From NCBI RefSeq assembly GCF_009914755.1, contig NC_060934.1: a DNA stretch of 64,000 nt, one strand, 5' to 3'. This DNA comes from the human T2T-CHM13v2.0 reference genome, Homo sapiens. A program made the position numbers and the translations under genes. Shown here piece after piece: positions 47,440 to 60,312 of this stretch (position 1 is the first letter of the stretch; the number at the start of each line of letters is the position of its first letter). The notes below the pieces were generated by a model. The model made no database searches. It was not told the DNA's origin and worked only from the letters and a program-made list of their open reading frames with translations.

Positions 47440-49644
47440 TTCACAGTTCCATGTGGCTGGGAAGGCTTCACAATCATGGTAGAAGGCAATGAGGGGCAAG
47501 TCACATCTTGCATGGATGGCTGCAGGCAAAAAAAGAGCTTGTGCAGAGAAACTCTTGCTTTTAAAACTATCAGATCTCGTAAGACTCATTCACTATCATG
47601 AAAACAGCACAGGAAAGACCCACCCCCCTAATTCAATCATCTCCCGCCAGGTTCCTCCCACAACATGTAGGAATTGTGGGAGTTACAATTCAAGATAAGA
47701 TTTGGGAGGGAACACAGGCAAGCCATATCAATTAGCCCTGGCGCCTCCCAAATCTCATGTCCTCACATTTCAAAACCAAGCATGCATTCCCGACAGTCCC
47801 CCAAAGGCTTAACTCATTTCAGCATTAACTCAAAAGTCCATAGTCCAACATCATCTGAGACAAAGCAAGTCCCTTCCACCTATAAACCTGTAAAATCAAA
47901 AGCAAGTTAGTTGCTTCCTAGATACAATAGGGTTATAAGCACTGGGTAAATACAGCTGTACAAAATGGAAGAAATTGGCCAAAATAAAGGGGCTACAGGC
48001 CCCATGCAAGTTCAAAATCCAGTGGGGCAGTCAAACCTTAAAGCTTCAAAAGGATCTCCCTAGACTCTATATCTCACATCCAGGTCATGCTGATGCAAGA
48101 GGTGGGTTCCCATGGTCTTGGGCCTCTCCACCCCTGTGGCTTTGCAGGGTAGGGTCTCCCTCCCAGCTGCTTTAACGGGCTGACATTGAGTGTCCATGGC
48201 TTTTCCAGGCTCATGGTGCAAGCTCTCAGTTGGTCTACCATTCTGGCATCTGGAGGATTGTGGCCCTCTTCTCACAGCTCCACTAGGCAGTGCCCCAGTA
48301 GGGACTCTCTTTGGGGACCACATATTTCCCTTCCACACTGCCCTAGCAGAGGTTATCGATGAGGGCCCTACCCCTGCATCAAATTTCTGCCTGGATGTAC
48401 AGGCATTTCCATACATTCTCTGAAATCTAGGCAGAGATCCCCAAACCCCAATTTTTGACATCTTGCAGGCTCAACACCACATGGAAGCTGCCAAGGCTTG
48501 AGGCTTGCACCCTCTGAAGCCACAGCCCAAGCTCTTTTTTGGCCCCTTTCACCCATGAGTAGAGGTGCTGTGATGCAGGGCACCAAGTCCCACACTGTAC
48601 ACAGCACAAGGATCCTGGGAACAGCCCACAAAACCACTTTTTCCTCATAGGCGTTGGGCCTATGATGGGAGGGGCTGCTGTGAAGACCTCTGACATGACC
48701 TGGAGATACTTTGCCCATTGTCTTGGGGATTAACATTTGTCTCCTCATTAGTTATGCAGATTTCTTCAGTGGGCTTGAATTTCTCCTTAGAAAATGAGAT
48801 TTTCTTTTCTGTCACATTGCCAGGCTGCAAATTTTCCAAACTTTTATGCTCTCCTTCCCTTATAAAACTGAATGCCTTTAACAGCACCCAGGTCACCTCT
48901 TGAACGCTTTGCTGCTTAGAAATTTCTTCCACTAGATACCCTAAATCATCTCCCTCAAGTTCGAAGTTCCACAAATCTCTAGAGCAGGGGCAAAATGCTG
49001 CCAGTCTCTTTGCTAAAACATAACAAGAGTCACCTTTGCTCCAATTCCCAACAAGTTCTCATTTCCATCTGAGACCACCTCAGCCTGGACTTTCTTTTCC
49101 ATATCACTATCAGCATTTTGGGCAAAGCCATTCATTAAGTCTCAAGAACGTTCTAAATGTTCCTACATTTTCCTATCTTTTTTTGAGCCCTCCAAACTGT
49201 TCCAACCTCTGCCTGTTATCCAGTTCCAAAGTCTCTTCCACATTTTTGGGTATCTTTTCAGCAACGCCCCACTCTACTGGAACCATTAGTCCATTTTCAC
49301 ACTACTGACAAAGACAAACCTGAGACTGACAATATACAAAAGAAAGAGGTTTAATTGGAATCACAGTTCTTCTTCACTGAGGAGGTCTCAAAATCACAGT
49401 GGAAGGCAAGAAGGAGTAAATCACATATGACATGGTTGGCGGCAGGTGAAAAAAGAGAGCTTGTGCTCTCGTTTTTAATATCATCAGAACTTATGAGACT
49501 CATTCTCTATCACAAGAACAACATAGGAAAGACCTGCCCCCATAATTAAATCACCTCCCACTAGGTTCCTCTCACAACATGTGGGAATTGTGGGAGTTAC
49601 AATTCAAGATGAGATTTGGGAGGGGACACAGCCAAACCATATCA
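47440..49644 (-). mobile_element. THE1B-like MaLR provirus: truncated 3' LTR 47440-47730, internal 47731-~49284, 5' LTR ~49285-49644
   Basis: Two similar LTRs, each ending ...ccatatca on +, flank a ~1.55 kb THE1-int-like region (caaaagcaagttagttgcttcctagatacaat; ttagaaatttcttccactagataccctaaatcatc). Confidence 0.93.
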
Positions 49645-49864
49645 GCATCAATAAAGAATATGATAGCTACTCACGTAAGAACAAACATTTAATCCCTGCC
49701 TTCTTCTGTCTTTCCTTCCATTCCTCTTTCCTGTTTTCTTCCTTCTTTTACTTGCTTAATTCCCTGCTTTACCCTTCTTTTGTTTTCCCCCATTCCTTCC
49801 TTTTGTGTAAGACAACATGAAGTATTATATATAGTTTGGATTTTTTAAAAATATACATTTTAAA

Positions 49865-50042
49865 GTGTAGGCTTTGATATTTTCTAGCTATGAAAACTTG
49901 AGCACATTACCCATTTCAAGCCTCAATTATCTCACCTATAAAATAGAGCTAATAATGCTTACCTAAGATTAATATGATGAAATTATAAGATAAAAATAAA
50001 ATATATAACATATATAAAGCACTCAATAAATGTAAAGTATTA
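49865..50042. mobile_element. MIR
   Basis: gcctcaattatctcacctataaaatagagctaataat...aagcactcaataaatg. Confidence 0.7.
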
Positions 50043-50617
50043 TTTTTAAATGCTAGTTTTTTTATTTGCATTCCATGCTATTTCCATCCTTCTTTACTCA
50101 CTGACTTAAACACAGCTTGCTAGGCACTTGCTAAGTTCTACCATGACATAGTGAAAGAAACCTCGTTTTTTCACTAAAGTAGCTTATGATCTATTAGAGA
50201 AGATGAAACAAACAAACCAAAAACATAAATGGATGAGGCCAAATAAAAATAGCCAGTACTTTAAAAGAGTTTTAGTGTTTGTTGGAGACAAAGGATTACG
50301 CAGCCTTATACATTTTAGAAAAAAAAAAGTATGATATTACTGCAGAACGACTATCTCCATATCTGTTCTCTTCTTTAGCACTAGTGATTACTAACATTTT
50401 CTATGTACACACTCAATATTGTACCTATGTGGAGCTGCTTCATGGGCAAAGTAATTTGGTCAAAATACATATTTGGAATTGCTTGTGTTTCAAATGTTCT
50501 TTATGTAACTTCTTTATAGTATGAAAAAAAATTTCAATTTCTCAGGCATTCTGGATAAATTGGACGAGCTTTTTACTGACTCCAGTTAAGTTCAATTCAA
50601 AAAAGTTGATCACTAGC

Positions 50618-50944
50618 ATTGTAGAAATGAAGGGAGGGATAATGCTCCTAGAGGCAACCTTAAACCACAGTGGAGTAAAAGTTAGTGGACAAATGTCCCA
50701 GCCTTCCAGTTATGGGTGGGTGTGGGTGGCAATTTTGAGATATATTCTGCTTTGATTCCCAGAGGATCCCAAGCAGGACTGAGCTGAGAGTGATAAATAC
50801 TCATTAACACAGGTTATTGGCCTTTTTCCAATCGCTGTATTACTTTATCTAACACCTGTGCTTCCTTGATCATCTCCCAAATAAAACATTTGTACTTAAC
50901 TTCTTATCTTAGAGTGTGGTTATAAGAAAATTCAACATCAGGCA
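50618..50944 (+). mobile_element. ERVL LTR16-like fragment
   Basis: cagaggatcccaagcaggactgagc...tgcttccttgatcatctcccaaataaaacatttgtac. Confidence 0.7.
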
Positions 50945-51029
50945 TATTCCAACCATATGTATCACTAATAAATGATGAACACTGAAGTTCAGCTAGCATA
51001 GCACGTCATTAAATAATTTCATATTACTC

Positions 51030-51280
51030 CTCATAATAGTGTTGAATTTTTTAATACTTAATATGTGATAGTCACAGTTCCTAAGACTTTAAGGTATTAA
51101 CTCATTTAATCTTCACCATTATCATGTAAAGAAAGTATGCTTATTCTTCACTTTACAGATAAGGAAACTGAGGCATACAGGCTTTAATTAACTTGAGAAA
51201 AGTCACAGAGCTAGTAAAAAGTAGAGTTAGGTTTCAAACCCCAACAGCCTGTCTTCAGAACCATCATACTTAAACACCAC
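51030..51280. mobile_element. MIR
   Basis: ctttacagataaggaaactgaggcatacag...gtcacagagctagtaa. Confidence 0.85.
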
Positions 51281-54200
51281 AGATACACGGATTAACTGAC
51301 TCAATCATTATCACTATAATTATAAACATCATCATCATCATCCTTGTGAAAACAAAAGTAGATACTTTTTTGTCCTTTTAAAATTTTGTTTCTATTTGTT
51401 TCTTTATATTTTAGTACTTTGCATTTACTTGGAAATCCATGGCTTACAATTTAGGAGAATATATTCAAATCATTTTCATCAGCCTTTTACCTAAAAGTTG
51501 TAAGCTGTAACTTGGTCAACTTTGATTCCTTAACATTAACCAAAAGGGCTATTATTTTAATATGTTAGAGCTACTACTTCATATCAGGAAAAAAATCAGT
51601 TGAATATTAGAAACATTTTCTTAACTGAAACTCACACAATCACTGGAACAAATTGTAAAATACAGCTTTGGCGTCTCCAGCATTAGAAACTTTAAAACTT
51701 GTGTACAAAATATTTGTTGCCAATATTTAGAATGTCATTTTTCTGGTCAGTTCTTATTCATCTTTAATTACATAGAAGTTGTTTTCTCTAGGAAGCCGTC
51801 CTTAGACTACAATTGAGATTAGATGTTTTCCTCTCTGTTTCCATAGTATATTATTTTTACCTCTCTTCTCATTTATCTCATGGAATTATGTTTTCTTATT
51901 TATCTGTATCAAGGGTGTTTTAAGGCAGGATGGAACTTATTCAGAATTAAATCAGCAATTACTGACAAAAACAAGTGCTTATGCTTTGAATATTTAACTG
52001 GATAAATAAGCTAATGGAAAAGATTGGACAGCCTCAACTGTTCACTTTCATTAGAGTAGTAGAAAGGGGATATAACTGAGTCTACTTTAATCAAAGAGAA
52101 AGCACAAGAACTAAGGTAGAAAGAAACAGACCAGGGCATTGCTAGAGATTAGAGACCAGAAAATAAAGGACAATGAAAGAGAGGCTTTTCCCCAAAGTTA
52201 AGGTAGCCTATGGCTTGGTTACCTTAATAATCCCAGTTTCCACCAGTTTTCTTTCTGTAATGATTATTAATAATTCCCTCTTTAACTCACAAAAGTATCC
52301 CAGTATGTATGATAAATTTTGTGATCAATTTGCCACAGAAACATATCCCATCCTTCCATGCTGCCATGGAAGGATGAGTGCTTGGTGATAAAACAAATAT
52401 TACAAGATAGGAGATGAGATATTTTTTATATTGAGGCTTTGGGTCCTCTGGTAGCTGCAGCAATATGAGCTATTCATTAACTGGCACATCATTGAGTTTG
52501 TCCAATTAAAAACTGAAAAGCGTAGAGAAGTGATTCAATGTCTTTGCAACAGCTTTGCTGACATTCTAAAAGTAAAGACAACCATTCAGTTCAAAATACT
52601 TCTCTCTTTCAAGGGAAAAAATTATAATGCCCTGGGAGAGTGAGATAACACAGATTTACAGATTTAGGTAGACTGAACCAAAAATGTTGCTTGGAATCAA
52701 TTCACAGAAGCCACAGAGACAAAGAAGCTGAGATCCGTTTACTTCTACTAAATAATTACAACAGATTAAGAACATTATCTGAGAATAATCAGTAGCTCAT
52801 TTAAAAATAATATCCAATTAAATGGAAATATATTTAAGAGTCTCATGGCAAAACTAACACTAGGGTTCATGACTAGGACCCAACATTTTGGTTAAAAATC
52901 CCTGTAATTGATTCAGAATATCAAAATTCTTCTCAATCTTGAATAACAATTATGAAAACATCCTGACCATTTTTTTTTGGCTGGATAATGATAATAATTC
53001 TTAGGCCTGGAAATTATAAAAGGAAATGTATTTATTTATTGGTGTTGATATATTGTTTTTTTCTAAATAATAATGAGCTGACTTCTAAAATAATTAAATT
53101 TTAAAATGTCATTTTTTATCTAAAATGACATTATCTTTTTAATAATGATTTGAATATCTTAGCATAATGAATGTAATTTACTACCTTAAATCCCAATTCC
53201 TTTACCATACCATAAACCAAAGCATATTTTCTCACAATTCATTGTACTTATATTTTCACACATTCTTTTTTTTTTCTTTTTTTTTAATGTCCTAAGGGGA
53301 GGTTAGAGCAAAAGAAGAAAGGAGACTGGGAATAGAGAGAATGGTAGTAAGAAGAGCAAGCTTTCAGGAATTGGACATGAAATAAGAGAGCATAAATGGG
53401 AATGAGCTGGAAGAACTGTTTTTTTTTTTCATTTTTTGAATGTTAAGGTTTGATGTATTTTAAAACTGCACATGCATGATAGAATATGTACCAGAAAGAA
53501 TTGCAATTGCTCCAAAGTTCTTGGCAATGCACTCCAGACAGTCCTTGCTTTCTGAGAAGCCAGTTTACAAAATTCCCATTTAGAAATGATAGTGATTATC
53601 CACTCTATGAAAGCATTAGCTCGGGATCTCTTTGCAGAGCTCACTCCCCTAGTGCACTTCAAATATATTTTGACCTTTCAGAGCAAGGGAATAAAACAAG
53701 GTAAGCCTCCTGTTAACTCGGTTTCTACAATTCAGTTTGGAAAATGATTCATGTCTTCTAATATTCTCCGGTGAACCTCCTTGTTGGTCAGCATTAGACC
53801 AAATCACCTTGGAAAGGCTATCACAGAATTCCTTGGGTGTTCTTTCTGCTTCCTTATAGCAGAAAACAAAATGTAGTGAGTATGAGTAAAACATTATTTG
53901 ATACTCAGAAGCTTACAATTCAGAGGTGAAATCACAGATCTGGAAAGAAGCAACCCTCTTCCCTTTCAAATGGCCACCTATATGCAGGACAAGATAGAGA
54001 GGTTCCCTTTTGGGTCAAGTAAAAGGATTTTGATCTATTCAAAAGAGAAGATTTAATAAAATTGATCATCTCAAGCTTAAAAAACACAGATTAGACAGAG
54101 GAAACACACTGATCTCATAAATAGAAACTATTATGCTTAAAGGGATTTAATATCCCCATTATTTGAATCTAGGGCAAATAACTCACTTTAATGTCAGTAA

Positions 54201-54823
54201 TTTTAAAACTATTAATGTGTCATTATAATACCTCTGTAACTTAAAAAACAAACTTGCCCTAGGTTTCTGGGTAATCCTGTTCTTTACAAAGCCTTTAGCA
54301 GTGCCTGTGGAATAATTACAGAATAAGTTTTGAGGTGAAGATATTTAGAGGTAATTTTGGAAGTTATTTTATGGTCACCACAACCCCAAGCAGACTGTTT
54401 GCAGGCAAAACGTCTTCACATTTACAATGGTGAATGAGAGATGGCTAGCCAAATACTTAAATATCCATGATTAATGAGATGTATTGTTTATTTTTCTAAT
54501 CTTGAGTACAACTATGAATAATTAATAATTTTCCCTAGATATTATAACTAGATTATTATTTAAATTTCCACTTAATCACGCAAAGGAAAAGCAATGGCTA
54601 TTGTTATTTATAACCATTTAGCCTATTTTCTTGCATCAATTTCAATTACTTGAACTGGGAGACTGAAGATACATTAAAGATAACTTTAGGAAAAAATGCC
54701 ATTTAAAAAATTATCTGAGTAAAAATATCTGTCTGCAACATATGAGGGAAAAGGAAGCATACACATTCAAAGAAGTAAATATTACCAACCATAATCTGGG
54801 ATATTGATGGTAAATGTCAAGCA

Positions 54824-55238
54824 CAGTAGAGCCTGGAACAACATGGATTTGGACTTCACAGGTCCACCTATGCACAGATTTTCTTCTGCCTCTACCACAT
54901 CTAAGACAGTAGGACCAAGACCTTCTCTTTCTCCCCCTTCTCAGCCTACTCAACATGAAGATTATGAGGACAAAGACCTTTATGATAATCCACTTCCATT
55001 TAATGAATAGTAAATATATTTTTTATGATTTTCTTACTAACATTTTTTTCTCTAGCTTACTTTATTGTAAGAATACAGTATATAATACATAAAAAATACA
55101 CAATATGTATTAATCAACTGTTTATATTACTGGTAAGGCTTCTGATCAACTGCAGACTATTAATAGTTAAGTTTTGGAGAAGTCAAACCGCATGGGTTGT
55201 CAGTACCCTTAACACCCACACTGTTCAAGGGTCAACTG
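54824..55238. mobile_element. Tigger2a-like Tc-Mariner MITE
   Basis: TIRs cagtagagcctggaacaac / gttcaagggtcaactg followed by TA; cctactcaacatgaagat...ccacttccatttaatgaatag. Confidence 0.88.
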
Positions 55239-55443
55239 TAAGTGTTGCAGACAGAAAATGCAATGGACTATGAAAAGGAAAACAGAGTAGTTCTCCCATC
55301 TGATGTAACAAGATTAGGAAGACATCTAAGACATGTGAGATTAGTTTTGGACACTGAAGAATAAGTAGGCTTCCTAGAGGCAGAGAGATGGGGAGGCAGA
55401 AACTCCAGATTGTACATGAATCTTGAATATAGATGTTGTAAAA

Positions 55444-55760
55444 GATAAGGTAAATACTGTTAACTGCTATAACAAACAAACCCAAGATTATTAATGGCTT
55501 AATGCAATAAACTTATTTCTCTTTCAGGTAAAGTTTAAATGCAGGTTAAGCGTCCCTTCTCCATATGTGGTTATGCCATCTGAAACACGTTTCTTTTCAG
55601 GTTCATTACACTGTGAAAGAGAGATGGAGGAAGCACACGAGCTTTTAATTGCCATACTCCGTAAGTTACATGCATGTCATTTTGCTCATAGCCAACAGGC
55701 CAAAGCTAGTCACGTTTTCAACCCAAATGTGAGTGGGGCTGGGAAAAAGACTACAGATAT
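55444..55760 (-). mobile_element. Old MLT1 (K/L-like) LTR fragment
   Basis: aactgctataacaaacaaacccaag...atggcttaatgcaataaacttatttctc; ggccaaagctagtcac. Confidence 0.5.
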
Positions 55761-55998
55761 CTCAGAAACAATACCCTTCTCTGTAATTTATAGATATATG
55801 TAAGATAAGTTTTGTATTATTGTTGTAGTCCTAAAATAGAGTCATAGTCCTAAAACTGAACATATTTTTGAGGAGGAAATCATAAGGATTTTGAAAATCA
55901 AAATGAGAATTGAATTTATCTTTTAAAAAAACTAAAGACATTAATGAATCTGAGCCCAAAGTTCCATAGTCCAAAAAATTTTCTAATGAAGAAAATTT

Positions 55999-56022
55999 TG
56001 TGTGTGTGTGTGTGTGTGTGTG
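55999..56022. repeat. (TG)n microsatellite
   Basis: Directly visible. Confidence 0.95.
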
Positions 56023-56249
56023 CATATGGCATTGAGAGGTATGAGGATAATACATCAAGTATAGTATGGGCTGCTTATTCGTTAAGCCAAGCTAAGCTAA
56101 GCTAAGATGGGATTTCCTGGTCTCTGATTTTTTCACTCAGAAGTAAAAAATCAAATGCATTGGTTGGCTACTGTTGCCATTCAGTGTTTGGGTAGGTTCT
56201 AAAACAGATGCTGCTCTGTGGAGCCAGTAATGATTGTGTATCTATGTTC

Positions 56250-56614
56250 TACTAGTCAGCTAGTTTTTCCATAACAAAATACCTTAAACTGGGTAGCTTA
56301 AACAACAGAAATTTATTTTCTCACAATTTTGCAAGCCAGAAGTCTGAGTTCAGGGTGCCAGCTGTGTTGAGTTCTGCTGAAGGCTTTCTTCCTGACTTGT
56401 TTTCTCACTATGTCCTCACATGGTGACAAGAAAAGAGAGTAAGCTCTCTGGTATCTTTTACAGGGATACTAATCTCATCATGAGGGCCCCACCCTCATAA
56501 CATCATCTAAACTTAATTATTTCCCAAAGAGTGAAACTCCAAATACTGTCACATTGTTGGTTGGGACTTCAACATATGAATTTGGCAGTGGAGGGCACAA
56601 TTCAAAGTATAGCA
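56250..56614 (-). mobile_element. MLT1A/A0-like solo LTR
   Basis: ctgggtagcttaaacaacagaaatttattttctcaca...tcatgagggccccaccctcat...cttcaacatatgaattt. Confidence 0.88.
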
Positions 56615-58859
56615 TAAGTTAACTAAATATGAAAATTGGACTTAGCACTGGAGAAGGGACTACTGCTTCTCACTTTTGTCCTGTGCGCAAGGACATCTCA
56701 TTTTCCACTTTTCCTCCATTTATCAAATTATTAGTCATCCCTCAAAACTCAAATAAGGCTCCTGCTTCTAAGTTAATCTTTAACTACCAGAGCTTACAAT
56801 TGATTTCACCTATCTATGAAAATTTTTGTTGTTGTTGTAATTAGAATTAATGTTACACATAATTTTCCTCTAATTGGCTTATTTACAAGTGTTGTAAATG
56901 GATTTATACTTACAGGAATAATTACTGATGCATTTTATATAATTATTTTCTTGTTAATATTATATTGTGTAACACATAATATGTGTTATATGTTATATGC
57001 AGAATATAAAGTAAATCAGCTGCAACAATGTGAGTTCTTAACATTGGCAGCACCGAAACTGGGAATTATTTATAGTGGAATCTCCCTTAAAGTAGTAAAA
57101 GAGTAAACTATCTATTAATAGTAGAATATCCACTAAAACGATGGGTAAAGTGGGTGAAATTATATAATTTGTCATACATTTTGTGATAATTGCTCTCAAA
57201 TGTGATCATGGCGAGTGTGTCATTGTCAGAATGTATTTTTTAAATAGCATAAGTTACAGTTTATTTACTTGCTTTTATAGAATCCCTGACTCCTGGCAAC
57301 CTGTATCCCTGATTTTAGAGTTTCCCTCTTTACTTAGAAGAAAAAGTTTTCAGTTGAAAATTTAGCAACTCTATACAAATACCAACTTTTCCCAGGAGGA
57401 GAAAAAGGAATAGGAAAAACTTTGGAAAATATCAATCTTGGAAAATGAGGGAGAAGAAAGTGCTCTTGAGAAGGAAACTTTGCCCTCAGTTAAAAGAATA
57501 CAAAGTGGAGTAATGCAAGGAAATTGTTAGGTTGAGAGAGTAGGAGAGAGATAAGTGGATCAGCTCACCCAGTCGGTTCACAGAGCTGGATGAAACGGGG
57601 GTAAGGATACCAGTGTGTTGTTTACTGGGTTATGTGGGGTTAGGAAAGTAATGATGTAACTTTCTTTTGTTTTACCTTTAATTGGTCTATACAAAGATCA
57701 CTAAATATGTAACGTCTATACGACTTTGTAGTGGATCCAGTGTAGCAAGTGGGAAGGTTACCACCATTGTTAGTAACAGCAATCATATTTTGAGAAAAGT
57801 GACTATATTTTCCTCTTTTATATACTGTAAATCAAAAAGTGAGTGTTGATTAATGAACTCTTGTAGATACATCTCCTCTTCAGGACTAGGCTGTTCTTGG
57901 AGATTAAGAGTAAACATAGCTACATGAGGACCAATAAAAAAATTTTCTTCGTGCACCTTGTTCTCGTTCACAGAGAAAAGCATTCGCATTCAAAAATCTT
58001 CAGAGCTGTCAGGGGAAGATAGGGCCCACCTTACACTTGACATATATTAAACTTACAGGTTTTTCATTAGACACAAAAGGGGAATAACCGAATATGTTTG
58101 GGTATCAACAAATCACCCAGATAAACCATGCAGTATAATATATATAGAATAAAAGATAAAATGAACTGGCATGGATTACACCATGTGAGCTGTCTTTCTT
58201 TGCACCAGCTTCATCTCCTGCTTTCCGTAGTTCTCCGTGCTTCAATTACTGGTAGTTTAACAGTTTATTAGTTATCTTCATAATAAGGGAGATGACTAAC
58301 TTCAAGTCTCCCCTTTCTTGCCTTAAATGTAACTGATTGTGAGACTTGCTTCTGGAAAAGATGGAGCAACCAAGACTAAATTTACCTTCCCAAGTAAAAC
58401 AGTCAAATGAAAACAAAATAAATAAATGAAAGAATGTTTTTTAAATACTAACCATCAGGCAAATGGATCACAAAAATTCCTGAGAACTGAGATAAGTGAG
58501 ATGGGCATATGATTTCCTTCACTTACTGACAAGAGAATTTCCAGGCTGTGCAGAGATGGGAAACTGAGGAAGGACATTCATTAGTTAACTTTTTAATACT
58601 ATTCCAGGCATCATAACAGTAGTAGTAATGAGGTACAATGATCAACAAGATAAATTTCCTGCCATTAAGAGGCAAACAAAATAATAAGGCAAATTGGAAA
58701 TAAACTCTTACCATCATTTTAACTGGATAAAAAGTGAAGTGTCTAAAGATGTATATATTTGGCACGTTTGAGTTCACAAGAGGAAGAACAAATTTCTAGC
58801 CAGGAAAACCATGAAAGGATTCCAAACAGAGATTAAACTTGTCCTTTGAGGATAGGTAA

Positions 58860-59552
58860 TGAGTCCAGAATTGGTGGGTTCTTGGTTTTGCTGACTTCAA
58901 GAATGAAGCCACAGACCCTCGCAGTGAGTGTTACAGTTCTTAAAGATGGTGTGGCTGGAGTTTGTTTCTTCAGACGTTCAGATGCGTCTGAAGTTTCTTC
59001 CTTCTGGTGGGTTGGTGGTCTGCCTGACTTCAGGAGTGAAGCTGCAGACCTTCGAGGTGAGTGCTACAGCTCACTAAGGCAGCGTGGACCAAAAGAGTGA
59101 GCAGCAGCAAGATTTATTGTGAAAAGCAAAAGAGCAAACCTTAAACAGCTTGGAAGGTGACCCTAGAGGGTTGCAGCAGCTGGCTAGGTGGCCTGCTTTT
59201 ATTCCCTTATTTGGCCCCACCCGCATCCTGTTGACTGGTCCATTTTACAGAGAGCTGATTGGTCTGTTTTACAGAGAGCTGATTGGTCCGTTTTGACAGA
59301 GTGCTGATTGGTGCATTTACAAACCTTTAGCTAGACACAGAGTGCTGATTGGTGCATTTACAATCCTTTAGCTAGACAAAAAAGTTCTCCAAGTCCCCAC
59401 CTGATTAGCTAGACACAGAGTGCTGATTGGTGCATTTACAAACCTTTAGCTAGACACAGAGTGCTGATTAGTGCATTTACAATCCTTTAGCTAGACGGAA
59501 AAGTTCTCCAAGTCCCCACCCATCCCAAAGGCCCAGCCAGCTTCACCTCTCA
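58860..59552 (-). mobile_element. LTR12-family (ERV9) solo LTR
   Basis: TG...CA ends with perfect 4-bp TSD GTAA (58856-58859 / 59553-59556); tandem gctgattgg units; gaatgaagccacagaccctcgcagtgagtgttacag. Confidence 0.95.
59195..59480 (-). promoter_or_regulatory. LTR12 U3 CCAAT-box (NF-Y) array and AATAAAAG TATA-like element
   Basis: Five perfect ATTGG (CCAAT on -) plus three degenerate copies; cttttatt at ~59196-59203. Confidence 0.7.
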
Positions 59553-59964
59553 GTAAGATATCGTCTGCACGGATTGGGTAATATATTCTAAGCAGAGAAA
59601 ATATCAACACGAAAATAATGCAAGGAGAAAAATACAGAACAATCCAAAATGTGGCCCACTAAGTCAGTGTGTAATGTGGAACAAGTAAAAGCTTAGGTTA
59701 AGCAAGTGAAAGTGTGAGGTCAATGAAGAAACAGCCTGTTTCTGTCTCATTGGTAACTTATCTAAAGAAACAAGCAAATTTTCCTGAGAGATCCCAGGTA
59801 ATCAATAAATAAACATAACTAAAAGAACAAATAAGTAAAATAAAAAATGTTAAAATCTGTGAAAAAGTTCTGCAACCTGTAAGTACTCTATAAAGGCAAC
59901 TTAGAGCTGAGACACACATTTTTTTAAGTTTACTGCAATGTAGCCTACTGGAAACGTTTCTTAA

Positions 59965-60312
59965 TGATAGATTCAGGAGGAAGATAAGGGAACCTGCCTA
60001 GGGCCTTGTCTGGGCATGCCCACAATGGACTGGGGTCCCGCCTGTGAACTGGGAGAGTGGGATGGAGCCACCAGGAATTCCTTATGCAGAGGGGACGAGC
60101 TGGGCCTTTTCAGCTCCTGTGTGGTGGCCTGGTATTCAGTCTGTCAGGTGAAAGCCTGTTGGCAGGACCCCCTTTTTTTTTTTCCTGAGAGCTTTCCTTT
60201 AATAAATTCCACTCTTCTCACCTTTCAATGTGTCCACGTGCCTAATTATTCCTGGTTCTGTGACAAGAACCCGGATTTTAGCTGAATTAAGAAGCAAAAA
60301 AATCCTACATCA
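59965..60312 (+). mobile_element. MER61-family (ERV1) solo LTR
   Basis: tgatag...catca ends; TSD ttaa / ctaa; gggcatgccc motif; gagagctttcctttaataaattcc; gacaagaacccggattttagctgaa. Confidence 0.82.
60002..60021. promoter_or_regulatory. p53-family response element (19/20 match, zero spacer)
   Basis: GGCCTTGTCT + GGGCATGCCC against RRRCWWGYYY x2; an extra 9/10 half-site GAACCTGCCT at 59990-59999. Confidence 0.75.

Noticed and set aside
47311-49820. Dense overlapping ORFs on both strands
   Set aside because: They lie in the GC-richer THE1 element and show no coherent intact protein; expected by chance.
56083-56106. (AAGCT)n short pentamer run
   Set aside because: Only about four units; an ordinary microsatellite.
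59225-59520. Regularly spaced ~20-32 nt repeats that superficially resemble a CRISPR array
   Set aside because: They are the tandem U3 CCAAT units of LTR12, with no unique spacers and no cas genes, in eukaryotic DNA.
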